A model generated the notes under the pieces. It was given only the letters and a program-made list of their open reading frames with translations. It ran no database searches and was not told the DNA's origin. From NCBI RefSeq assembly GCF_006345805.1, contig NC_043000.1:110918001-110982000 (forward strand): a stretch of 64,000 nucleotides of DNA, written 5' to 3'. Source of the stretch: Octopus sinensis (taxonomy: Eukaryota). Shown here one piece after another: positions 13,509 through 27,300 of the stretch. The position numbers and the translations under genes were made by a program. Positions within the stretch are counted from its first letter, which is position 1; every line of letters begins with the position of its first letter.

Positions 13509-14516
13509 CCCCACACACACACATATGAGTGGAAGAAAAGGCGAGAGAGGACGACATTAGAATCTATTAATTGAATATAATTGGCTGAAGCATTTTTCCT
13601 TCTTGTACATACAGAGAAGAATATGCTCACAGGCATAAAGAGAGGGAGGGAGGGGGAGAGAAAATGAAAGAAGCATAAACCTGTTGATGTCAAAAATGTC
13701 ATGCCTTGTAGGCGGCGGCGGCACCGAAACAGCTGCGCCAAAATGTCTCAAACCTCGTAGATGTCCTCTCATTGGCCGTGAGGTTTCTCTCCAAGATGTG
13801 TTAGCCAAAGATTTATAAGCAATACACAGAAGCAGAGAGAAGCCAACAGACCTCTTTTCTGGGCGGTTTTGCTCCAATTCCGTATGGAATGAGAAAACAT
13901 GGGGACCACACCCATTGTTGAATCACAACTGTTAAAAATATTTGCACTGTTGTCAAATGTGATGGCGACGGGTTCCTCCAGTATAGGGAAACATTTCATA
14001 TTACCACCACCACCATCATCATCATGGTATTGGTTGTGGGGGATGCTGAAAGTTTTGATGGTGATGAAGTTAGTAGTAGTGGTGGGGGATGGGCTGGTGG
14101 TGATGGTGATGATGATAGCAATGGTGGTAGGGATAATGTTATGGTGGTGGTGGAGGTGGTAATAATAATAATGCTGTCTGTAGCACTTACTGGTGGTGGT
14201 GGTGGTGGGGTTAGTAGTAGTAGTAGCAGTAGTAGTAACAGAAGTTGGGTGGTACCAGTACTTATTATAGCGATTGTAGTACTTTTATTTGTAACAACAG
14301 CCACAGCAGCATTTTTTAGAATTTTATTTCAAGAAATCCTCTTTCCATTCAAACTTTGGGACATTAATTCAAGACATTCGTATGATACTTAATCCAACAA
14401 TCATATATCTGTAATCCAATGACACGCTCTCCCTCTCTCGCTCCCTCTCTTTTGTGTGTGTGTGTGTTCATGTGTGTGTAGATTTTGGAAAATAAAACTC
14501 AAAACTTGTGTGTGTG

Positions 14517-14548
<32 letters not shown>

Positions 14549-15841
14549 CGTGTGTGTATATATATATACATATATATGTGTGTGTGTGTATGTATATATA
14601 TATGTGTGTGTGTGTATATATATTACACTACAGCACTCCGTCGGTTATAACGATGAGGGTTCCAGTTGATCCGATCAACAGAACAGCTTGCTCATGAAAT
14701 TAATGTGCAAGTGACTGAGCACTCCACAGACACATGTACCCTTAATGTAGTTCTTGGGGAGATTCAGTGTGACAAGGCTGGCCCCTTTGAAATACAGGTA
14801 CAACAGAAACAGGAAGAAAGAGTGAGAGAAAGTTGTGGTGAAAGAGTACAGCAGGGTTAACAAAGATTTCTCAACTAATACGTCATCATCATCATCATTT
14901 AGCATCCATTTCCCATGCTGGCATGGGTTGGACAGTTTAACTAGAGCTGGCAAGCTTTGGAGCTGCACCAGGTTCCATTTTGATTCAGCTTGCTTTCTAC
15001 AGTGGATACCCTTCCTAACGCCAACCACTTTACAGTGTGTGCTGGGTACTTTTAACAAGGCACCAGCATGAGCTCTTTTACATGGCACTGGCACATATAC
15101 CCTTAATGCATACCCTTAACCCTTTCATTACTGTATTTATTTTGATATGCTCTGCATTCCTTTCAATTACTTTAAATATAACAAAGAATTTGGTAAAATA
15201 ACTTAGTTATCATTCAGCTAGTGTTAGGAACGTAAATTTTGACTAAGGTTTGGTGGCAGATTTTCTTTCAAAACTTATGAAAACAAGACATTTGTACTAC
15301 AGAGCCAGAAGTGGTTTCAGCCGGGTTGGCAACGAAAGGGTTAACATAGTTCTCAGGGAGATTCAGTGTGACACAGAAGATGACAAGGCTGGGCCTTTGA
15401 AATACGGGTACCACTCGTTTTTGCCAGCAGAGTGGATTGGAGCAATGTGAAATAAAGTGTCTTGCTCAAGGACACAAGGTGCCATTGGGTATCAAACACC
15501 TCACCAGGGATTGAATTCACAACCTTACAACCATGATTTGAATACCCGAACCACTGAGCCATATACCATGACATGGTAGAAGAAATGGAAAAAGAGAGAA
15601 TAGCATTGATGTTTGAGAACTTTTAAATAAGTGTTTACTGTCTTTCTGGTTCTTCTTCTTCTTTTAATGTCTGCTTCTTAACATCCATCAATTATATTCT
15701 TTCTACAACATCACAAACCCTTTTACTTTGGTTCTTCTATTGAAGAAAACTAAATATTGCGCTTTATAACATTATGTTAAAAATAGAGCTCTTATATCTA
15801 TGGCTATATTTCTTTTGTGCAGAAGCACATTTTAGCCATAT

Positions 15842-15884
<43 letters not shown>

Positions 15885-16000
15885 TGTGTGTGTGTGTAAG
15901 TTTAATGCACTTGGTGCTATTACAATACCAGACAGAACACTATAGACATTTCAAGAATAAAAATTTTACTTTTGGTTTTGAAAAGTTCACTGACTTGCTG

Positions 16001-16051
<51 letters not shown>

Positions 16052-19000
16052 ACACACTTGTTTTCAACTGAATGGACCTTCCTTCAATTGTTAAATACAA
16101 ACTGTTTATATACACCCTGCCAATCATACTGTTCAATAACTGCAGTATGGAGTGATGCATTATATACATATGTATGTATACAAATATATATATATATATA
16201 TATATACATACACACACACATGTACATTTATATGTGTGTGTGTGTGTGTGTGCCAATGATATGCATTCATCTAAATTCTTCATTTCAATGTTGGTGACTT
16301 CTCTGTGTAAAATATTTTACAAGCAAACATCATTGTTCAAAAACCAACAGAATATTCTTTCTTTTTTTTTTTAATTTTTCATTTTGCTTTTACATTTTGT
16401 TTTTTACTTTTTCGTTTCCTGTAAAAATATCTTTTACTTAAAAAACAATTTCTATTCCTACCGATTCCCTGAATAGCCTTTTATTGAATCGGTCGCACCT
16501 AGAACGGCCGTGACTTCAATAACTTATTAAAATATTGAGTCATGTATTTTCCTGCTTGGCATCTAAAGAAGAGAGCTTTTAGAATTTTTCAAACTTTCCT
16601 GGCATTCATCCAATGTGATGGCTATTGAATGATGTAGAAAGTTCTTTCACTCAATTCTTCTCGTCTTTGATTAATGTTTGCTGGAAGCAATAATAATTAC
16701 AATGGAGTATGCCACAGGCTGCTCTCCTATTGGAAACGCCAATTTCCTGTTGACATAGGCAGCAGTTTTTAAAGATTTCACACAAACTTTAAACTGTTAT
16801 TTCTGCCATTGAATATGGAAACAAGATTCTATAAGTGTTGCTCAGCTTCTTTTTCCTTCGTCCCGCTCCATCCTGTTCCGCCCCACTCAAGCTAATCTCT
16901 GACCACCTCTACAGATATCTTAGCAACCCTGTATCTTCTTCTCTTCCTTGGAATAGCTGTTATCACCATCTTAAATATACTCTAACTGTAATAATTTCAT
17001 CTTTTGCACAAATCTTTTTCTTCTAGTGGTTATAGGTGCAAGCATAGGTATGTGGCTAAGAAACCTGCTTTGCAACCATCTGGTTCTGGTTTCAGTCCCA
17101 CTGTGTAGCACCTTAGGCAAATGTCTTCTACTATAGCCCTGGGCCAAGCTATGTCTTGTAAGGGAATTTAGTAGATGGAAATTGTGTGGAAGCTTGTGCT
17201 TTATACATATATATCATTATCATCATCCTGTATTTTAAATCCAGGTTTTGTCCCCCATTATTAGGGGTGGCCTGATCTACCTCAATACCATAGCAACCAA
17301 GGTTGGCAAGTGCAGCCCACCCCAGCCTTTAGACTGGCTGGTGCCCATTCTCCTTTGCTATCATGAGGCTTTTTTGGAGCTGGATTTTCTATAGGGAACA
17401 TGCTCTTGCTTACCCCCAACCTCAGTTTCTAGACATGAATGGTCCCGAGACCAAGGCCTCTACTATGAGTTTTAAGAAATGTGGTGGAAAATTAGCTCAG
17501 GAAGGCAGGGATGCTACTCCTTGAAACCTCTTTCGGGGTCCCCCTACCTACACACACACACACAAAGACAGATACACACACATACACACTTACACACATA
17601 TATAAGTATATATATTTGCATCTGTGCATGTCTTCCAATACCACTTGATAGCTGGTGTTGGTTTGTTTATATCCCTTACGAAAGAAAATGAGAGGATAAG
17701 TATCAGGCATAAAAGAAGAGGAAGAGAAGGAAACACCATAAGTCCTTGAGGCTGATTTGTTTCACTAAAACCCTTCAATGTGGTGCCCCAGCATGGCCAC
17801 AGTCCAATGTCTCAAAGAGAAAAAAGTAAATGATAAAAAAAATATATATTATTTTTAACGCTTGTAAAAACTATTTGAATTAAATGCAGATGTAGTTGGA
17901 TGGTAAGAAGCATGCTTCCCAACCGCATGGTTCCAGGTTCAGTTCCACTGCATGACACCTTGAGCAAGTGTCTCTTACTATAGCCTCAGGCTAACCAAAG
18001 ACTTGTGAGTGGATTCAGCAAGCAGAAACTGAAAGAAGCCCATCATATATCATCATCATCATCGTTTAACGTCCGTTCTCCATGGGTTGGACGGTTCGAC
18101 CGGGGATCTGGGAAGCCAGAAGGCTGCACCAGGCTCCAGTCTTATCTGGCAATGTTTCTACAGCTGGATGCCCTACAGCTGGATGCCCTTCCTAATGCCA
18201 ACCACTCCGTGAGTGTAGTGGGTGCTATATATATATCACGTGATCACATGATATATATATATAACTTATTTACATTTGACGGATATTTGCCCTCATCTTG
18301 TTTGTTGTTAACACCACATTTCGGCTGATAAAGCCTTCAACCTTCATCAGGTGTCTTGGGAAAATTTTGAACCTGGGTTCTCATTCGTAATGTATTTTTC
18401 GATGTTGTTGTTATTATTATTATTATTAACATTCAGATCACTGCCTGGAATCGAACTTGGAATTTTGGGGTTAGTAGCCTGTGCTCTTAACCACTATGCC
18501 ATATGCCCATGGGCATATAGTGTAGTGTGTTAACAACAAACAAGATGAGGACAAATATCTGTCAAATGTAAATACTGTACATAATTCCCTCTTAAATATA
18601 AAACTGAAATAACTTACTGTTAATAAAAAACCAGGGTGTGCTGCGTTCCGTTACTTAATAAGTAAATGCACAAACGAAAGTAAAAAATGTATAATGAATG
18701 CACTGATGAACAGAAAAACGTACATTGAATGCACAAATGGTGTTACTCAGTTTTGCACCATTAAGGATAAGACTGACAGGCTTCCCATGCTGGCGGTGCC
18801 TGCAAAAGTTGCAGAGAATATTGAACTGAGACCGTGGGCCAGCCTTTCTTTCTCTCCCTTTTTTGCACCAGTCGTAAATTCCCTAGTCCCCACCAGCTCC
18901 CATCTTGCTGTTTGTTGTCTTTCTAATCCTTTAGGATTGCTCTCTAAGTGTTACCCACCATCCGTGTCTTTTGGGCCCCAAGGTTATATTTTGCTTGTTT

Positions 19001-21752
19001 CTTATTTATTTCATCTTTGTCCTTCATCCATTATCTTACATTACATTTATTCACTTTCGCATGTCTACTTCTGTATTGCCTGGATTCCATGTATCGTTTG
19101 TCCTCAGTTTTATATTCTCCACAACTTTCGCAGCCCCAGTCAGCATGGAAAGTGTCTCAGTCTTATCATTAATGGTGCGAAACTAAGTAATACCATCTGA
19201 TTGGTAACTGATGAAGAATTAGGCACCTTCTCTGTTTTCCATCAGTTTCTGCACTCAATGTTTTTTCATTCGTCTGTGCATTCATTATATGTTTTTTACT
19301 TTTTGTTTGTGCAATTACTATACATTTTTTCACTTATTATCATCATCATCGTTTAACATCCATTTTCTGTGCTGGCATGGGTTGGACGGTTTGACCGAGA
19401 TCTGGAAAGCTAGTGGTTGCACCAGGCTCCAATCTGATCTGGAGATGTTTCTACAGCTGGATGCCCTTCCTAATGCCAACCACTCCGAGAGTGTAGTGGG
19501 TGCTTTTTATGTGCCACCGGCATGGAAGCCAGTCAGGCAGCACTGGCATCAGCAATGTTCAGATGGTGCTTTTTGCGTGCCACCAGCACAGGAGCCAGTC
19601 AGGCAGGCCTAGCATCGATCACGTTTGGATTGTACTTTTTGCGTGCCACTGGCGCAGGGTGCAGTCAGGGAGTTCTGGCATTGGCCATGTTCGGATGATA
19701 CTTTTTATGTGCCACCGGCATGGGAGCCAGTCAGGTGGACCTGGCATCGACCACGTTCAGATGGTGCTTTTTATGTATCACCAGCACGGGAGCCAGTCAA
19801 GGATCACTGACCACAGCTACGATATTGGATTTACTTGATTCAACGGGTCTTCTCAAGCATATCATAATCACCCAACGCATCAGGGGTACTCTTAACTGGG
19901 CCGGACATGTGTGGCTGTGATCTCACTTTAGTTGCCTGGTCTTCTCACTCACAGCATATCTCCATAGGTCTTAGTCTCCTGTCATTGCCTCTATGAGGCC
20001 CAATGTTTGAAGGTCGTGCTTTACCACCTCATCCCATGTCTTCCTGGGTCTACCTCTTCCACAGGTTCCTTCTATACACACACATTCTCATCTATGTGTG
20101 TGGGCTTGACAACCAGTGCTGGTGTGTTTATGTCCTTGTGACTTAACAGTTCAGCAAAGAGACTGATAGAATAAGTACCAGCCTGAGATCAATTTGCATG
20201 ACTAAAAATTCTTCAAGGCAGTGCCCCAGCATGGCCACAGTCTTGTGACTGAAACAAAAGACAGAAGATAATTCATGCCTCCCGAACACTCCATTTTTAT
20301 GTTTACTTACTTCAGTGCTTCCCTCTGGTGGAAATTTTATCAATTAATCAGTTGTTTAAAATCCTCTGTAAAAAAAAAACCCAAAAAAACTGAAAAGAAA
20401 AATAAACATTATCAAAACCTTTGCTTCATTAAAAAAATAAAATAAAAACAGTATAAAAAAAACAAGGAAAAAAACCAAAAATCAATCAAGTGGGGTTTTT
20501 TTATATAATTTTTATAATTTTTTTTCTGTTTTGTATTTTTGCAAATATTAATTGCCACAAGTGTAATAGTGCTATCTGATCTGAAATGCTATTTGTGTGT
20601 GTGTGTATGTCTCTCTCTCTCTCTCTCTCTAATATCATTTTAATCCCACCAAAGATTCCAGTGATTAAGCCGATTGTCTTCCACAATTTTCTCTCCACTT
20701 GGAGAAACCCATTAAATTCTTTCTCTCTCTTCGTTATTGAATCAATCAAACATTTTCATTTATTTATTGGTATTCTTTATTTTTAGAAATTCTTATACTT
20801 TTGATATTTTTCTATATTCTTATATTTTTGAATATTTTTATTCAGATTTTTTAATATTATTTTTTAAATTCTTATATTTTTACATTTTTTTATTTACATG
20901 TGTTTATATTCTTAGATTTCTATAACTTTTTAGTTTTTAATCGTATATTCTTATATTGCAGTGTTCTTATGTTTTTTGTTATATATTATCTTTATTGATG
21001 TTTTCACTCTCAAATCTGACCATATTATCTCATGTAAACAAATAGTTTGTTTTTTTCTTTTCTTTTTCCCCAAGAAGAAATTTTCTCTAGAGTGAAACAA
21101 AATTCTTGTCATCAGTTAACTTGTTTGTTTCCAGATATTTCATATCTCAATATCTCTTGAGGGGTTTTGTTGTGTGTGTGTGTGTGTGTGTGTGCAAATC
21201 TTTCATTTATTTAAGAAATAATGTTAGTACAAACTTTTGATTTAAATTTTTTTTGTTGGTGTTTTTATTATTTTTTTTTCCTACTGTCTGCAAGCGACAT
21301 AATTATCCAACATTTAGCTATTAATGTTTTGTAAAGCTGTCATCTACTTCATTATCATCTTCTTCATCATCATCATCTTCATCCTCATTTAAAAAAAAAG
21401 AACTCAAATTGAAACCTGTGTGGTGATGATGGCTAATACAGAATAAAAAAAAAATCAATTGTTATTTTCACTGTAAAAGTCTGTAAATGATTCTTAGTTT
21501 ATATGCCATTAATTTAACATACATACTTCTATCCTCTGTAGCTTGATGGTTATGCTCTTCCTCACACACACACACACACACACAGAGTCTCTTTCTCTCT
21601 TTTACTCTGTAACTCTTAGACACAAGTTCAGTCCTCACCATACCCTGGTTGTCTATTCAAAGCAAGGCCAAATGGCACAGTGCCCTACTAAAGTGAGGAA
21701 CTTTCAATGTCAGACTGTGTAATTTGTTGGGAAAAAGGTGTGTGTGTGTGTG

Positions 21753-21790
<38 letters not shown>

Positions 21791-24282
21791 TTATTGTCTT
21801 CATCTCACCATTGGTCAATCATGTCAAGTTGATTGTGATGACATATTATATTCATTTGACTAAGCTGAAATTCAGTATCCGTAGTATATTTGTGTGTGTG
21901 TATATATATATATATATACACACACACACTGTCTTTGTTAGGGTTAGCCTAGTAAAAACCAAAGTCTTAAGTAGGAAACCTGTCAAATCACAACCCCCTT
22001 GAGGTAGATGGCCCTGCTTGGTCTTTAGAGAAAGTGTGGGTAGAAGATCCATACGATGTACCCAGTGTAAATAATGGACACATAAAAGGTGCAGCAAATA
22101 TCAAAGGAAGGCTAATTGGGAAGATAGTTTTTGTGTGTGGCAGATGCACAGGAGCAAGAAACACTGAAGATCTACAGAAAATAGATTCCATCACTTGCCA
22201 GGGGAAGAAACTAGAAGTAGCTGATAGTTTCCATTACCTAGGTGACCGAGTCTGTATTGGGATTGGTTGCTCCGAGAGTGTAGCAACTAGAGTAAGAATA
22301 GCCTAGGTAAAGTTCAGGGAGCTCCTACCTCTGCTGGCAAGTAAGGGCCTCTCACTCAGGGTGAAAGGTAGACTGTATGATGCATGTATGTGTACTGCTA
22401 TGTTACATGGCAGTAAAACATGGCCCATGACTGCTGAGGGCATGCTTAAGCTTGAAAGAAATGAAGCTAGTATGATCTGCTGGATGTGTAATGTTAGTGT
22501 GCATACACGACAGAGTGTAAGTGCCCTGAGAGAAAGGTTGGGCATAAGAAGCATCATATGTGGTGTGCAAGAGAGGTGTCTGTGCTGGTATGGTCATGTG
22601 CTACATATGGATGAGGACAGCTGTGTGAGGAAGTACCACTCCCTAATTGTGGAAGGAACCTGTGGAAAAGGTAGACCCAGGAAAACATGGGATGAGATGA
22701 TGAAGCATGATCTTTGAACAGAGTTTCTCTATATGTTTCCACTGGGCCTCACAGAGGCAATGACAGGAGACCAAGACCTATGGAGATATGCTGTGATTGA
22801 GAAGACCCGGCAACTAAAGTGAGATCGCAGCCACACTTGTCCAGCCCTGTTAAGAATACCCCTGATGCGTCAGGCAATATGACATGCTTGAGAAGACTTG
22901 TTGGGTCAAGTAAAACCAGTATCATAGCTGTGGTCTGTGCCGCCAGACTGGCTTCCGTGCTGGTGGCACGTAAAAAGCACCATCCGAACATGGTCGATGC
23001 TAGGTCTGCCTGACTGGCTCCTGTGCCAGTGGCACATAAAAAGCACCAGCCGATCTTGGATTGCAGAACGACCTGCTGTGCTTGAGGAGACCTATTGAGT
23101 CAAGTACATCAACATCAAAATAAATATCAAATGGAAATTGTAGTTGTGATACCTGAGCCAGCGGCACGTAAAAAGCATCATCCGAACGTGGCCGATGCCA
23201 GCACCGGCTTGACTGGCTTCTGTGCCAGTGACACGTAAAAAGCACCAACCAATCGTGGATGTTGCCAGCCTCCCCTGGCACCTGTACCGGTGGCACGTAA
23301 AAAGCACCCACTACACTCTTGGAGTGGTTGGCGTTAGGAAGGGCATCCAGCTGTAGAAACACTGCCAGATCAGACTGGAGCCTGGTGCAGCCTCCTAGCT
23401 TCCCAGACCCCGATCGAACCGTCCAACCCATGCCAGCATGGAAAGCGGACATTAAACGATGATGATGATGATGATATATATATATATATTTACACATACA
23501 CACACACACGTGATTATGCAGCTATGTTTCATGTCTGAAACGGGATTAGTTTCTGTAATGGCCTTAACTATTAGCTATTACACTTTGCTAGTCTCTATCT
23601 CCCATTAATCTTTATGGTTAGATTTCAGTTCTCACATCTTCCTGTGTAAACAGATTCTCAGAATATTGCAAATTTTCTCTTTTGAAATTTTTTTAGAATA
23701 TTGTTTCCAATAAAATCTTTTACCAAATGAATGTTGCTAATCATATCCATCTCCTCCTTGGCTTCACAGGAATCTTACTAACATCTCTGTAGATAAACAA
23801 TAAAATGAGATTAACTTGCTTTGTTGTGTAAATCTTGAGATAATCACCGATTTTTAAAATATCCTTCTGGACGAACTAGAATCCATTAGTTTTTCTTTCA
23901 TAATGTTTGCCGTTATCGGAGAGAAGATTTCTTTCATATAAACATATAGATACACACACACACGTATATATGTATGTGTGTGTGTATAGATATATGTATA
24001 TATATATACATACATACATACACACATATTTAGATATGTATATTTATATATGCACACACATATATATATGTATGCATATATTAATATATATCTATATATA
24101 GATATGTATGTATATATGCCTATATATATATTTAAATGTATGCTTATATATATCTGTGTGCATGTATATGTGTATATATATCAGTGTATGTATGTATGAT
24201 ATATATATATATATATATATATATCAGTGTATGTATGTATGTATATAATATATATATATATATATATCAGTGTATGTATGTA

Positions 24283-24333
<51 letters not shown>

Positions 24334-27300
24334 TATGTATGTGTGTGTATAGATATATGTATGTATATATATATACATACACACACACATATGTATGTGT
24401 GTGTATAGATATATGTATGTATATATATATATACATACATACACTCACACATATGTATGTGTGTGTATAGATATATGTATGTATATATATATACATACAT
24501 ACACACATATTTAGATATGGATATTTATATTTTGCACACATACACATATATGCATGTATAAATATATAACTATATACAGATATATATGAATCTCTCCAAA
24601 TCCTCTCCTAAATGCTTCCCATTTGTTCTTGCACAATCCCAAACCATTTTCTTGTCCTCTGCAACCTCTTTGGAGTCTTCAATAGCAAATCCAATTCTCT
24701 TCACAAAAAATGACGTAACTGCCGTAATCCATTTCTCACTTTGGTTCTTCTTCTTCCTATTTCAGTTGATGGATGCCGATATTGTCATTGAGAACCAAGA
24801 CTTGTTTTCCATTCTCATACATCAGAACAAGTAAGTGTTTATGGCTTGTTGTTTTTTTTCTCTGCTCTTGCTATTATCTGTCTGTCTTTGTGTTCTTTTT
24901 TTTCCTATGTGTTTAGTTTAAAAGATGCAACACATGTTTGCAATAACCGTTCTGTTATTTCTAATTGCTTATGGTACGAAGGAACCTTGTCTTCTGGTAT
25001 GAAGCAGCATTGTTTCATGTCTGCTAAGTTCGCTTCCATATGTTTGGTAGTGGTAATCTGCCGACATGGCGTGGCACTGTTCTTGCACTTCGTCAATTCA
25101 TGTCCTAAATACGTGGAGCAATTTGGGATTTGCTACCATACAGTCGAATCTTTTATCGTATTTGTTTCAGTCATTTTGGCTGTGGCCTTGCTGGAGCACC
25201 ACCTTATTGGGTTTTACTCAAACAAATTGACTCCAGGACTTAGTTTTTTTTTTCTAAGCTTGGTACTTAGTCTATAGATCTCTCTTGTTGAACTTCTAAG
25301 TTACAGGGACATAAACACACCAACACAGTTGTCAAGCAGTGGTGGGGGACAAACACTGGTACACACACACACAGACACGCACATATATGACAGGCTTCTT
25401 TCAGTTTCCATCTACCAAATCCATTCATGAGGCTTTGGTCAGCCTAAGGCTATGGTAGAAGACACTTGCCCAAAGTGCTGTGCACTGGGATGGAACCTGA
25501 AGTCATGTAGGAAGCAACCCCCCTCCCCCCACCTGCACCTACAAATGGTCACTTTCAGATGGTCAATTAAAATAATCCTTTCCGATTTTGAGAGGAGGGG
25601 GAAGGTGGTTACACCAACCTCAGCATTCGACTGATACTTTATCAACTTTTAAGGTCCAAAAGGCAAATTTGGCCTCTGTGGAATTTGAACTCAGAATGTA
25701 AAGGTCTGGAGACATGCCATTAAGCGTTTTCTGGCGTTGGTAATTATTTTGCCTGCTTGTCACCGTTAGTAACTTACAAAAATGCATACGAGGTGGTATC
25801 AAAAAATTCCCAGACTAGTTCTGTAGCATGCCAACAGAGGGCAGCACATGGCTGCATGTGCAGTGAGAGCTAGCAGTGACCTTCATGAGGCAGTGTGTTC
25901 AGTGACATTGCTGTGTTTACTTAGCAATTGTCCCTATAAGAAAGATAAAATTGAATTGAATAGGATTTGAACACAGCATGTTGGGGGTTTTATATTTTTT
26001 TACCTGTTTCAGTTATCAGACTGCAGCCATGCTGGGGCACCACCTTGAAAAATTTTTTTTAATCCCGGTACTTATTTACATTATTTACATTTGACGGATA
26101 TTTGTCATCTTGTTTGTTGTAAATAATGTACATAATTCCTCATCCCTTAAATATAGAACCAGTACTTATTCTCTTGATATCTTTTGCCAAACCACTAAGC
26201 TATGGAGATGCAAATACACACACACAGATATACATGATGGGCTTCTTTCAGTTTCCATCTACCAAATCCACTCACAAGTCTTTGGTCAGTCTGAGGATAT
26301 CTGCATAACACTTGCCTAAGGTGTTATGCAGTGGGACTGAACCCTGCACCATGTGGTTGGGAAGCAAACTTCTTGCCACACAGCCATGCCTGCCCCCTAT
26401 GAACTAGATTCTACTTCATCAGCCATCTTTTGTATGTGTATAAGTAGTGAAAGAAGCTGAGACATCGTTAAGTTGGCGAGGGCAGAGGTATCAGAATGAA
26501 ATGTAATTAACTGGCAAATACAAAGTACTTAATTACTTTATACCTTTGACAGTAACGATTGAAATAACCGGATTCTCACAACCATTTTCTTCTAAATTAA
26601 CAATTCCAGACCCATGTAGGGAATTTCTATGAAAACACAATAATTAGATATAATAAGAACAAACACGCATTATTAACTTTCTTTCTATTATTTCTCCTAT
26701 TATGTAAATAACAAATTAAAAACTTACAAAATACAAAAAAAATTTAAATTAATTAATAAAATTGTAATATCTTTAAAAACATAACTCTCACTCTCTCTCT
26801 CTCGATTTTCTTTTTTTTGTGTGTGGTTGTGAACAATAGCATTATTTTAATTGGTTGCATTACTTCTGATGTTAACGAACTATTGTTGCTACATCTTCGT
26901 ACTCCCCACTACCCTACCATCCATTCCCAGCATTTCCTTTCAGCTTCTTTAGATTTTGTTTCCTTTTGTTTTCAGACCCATTATTTCACCTCAGCTTAAT
27001 GTATCAACCGACAGCCTCTACTCCAACTTCTGGTGTGGGATTAATGAATATGTAAGTAAAATATATTACCATTCCTATTGTTCTTGTGTTCTTCTGATTG
27101 CCGTTCTTGGGTTTAGTTTTTCTTCTGTCTTCCGTTGTCTTGTTAAGTGTTTAAACAGTCATAGAACTCCGACAGACCAAAAGATAACCAACAAATGACC
27201 AGCATAGAATGGAACTGATTCTGTTCATGATAGTCTTTGAGTTTTGTCTGCAGTGACTCTGGTGACTGGATAGTTTGGGAATATAATGGTAAATAGTGGA

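Noticed and set aside
19208-19250. CTGATGA heptamers here and at 30761 as possible hammerheads
   Set aside because: No stem II-GAAA-stem III arrangement follows.
22945-23310. CRISPR-like look: palindromic repeat with variable spacers
   Set aside because: The linkers are homologous to each other, the array is part of an RTE LINE 3' UTR found in many copies, the context is eukaryotic and there are no cas genes.
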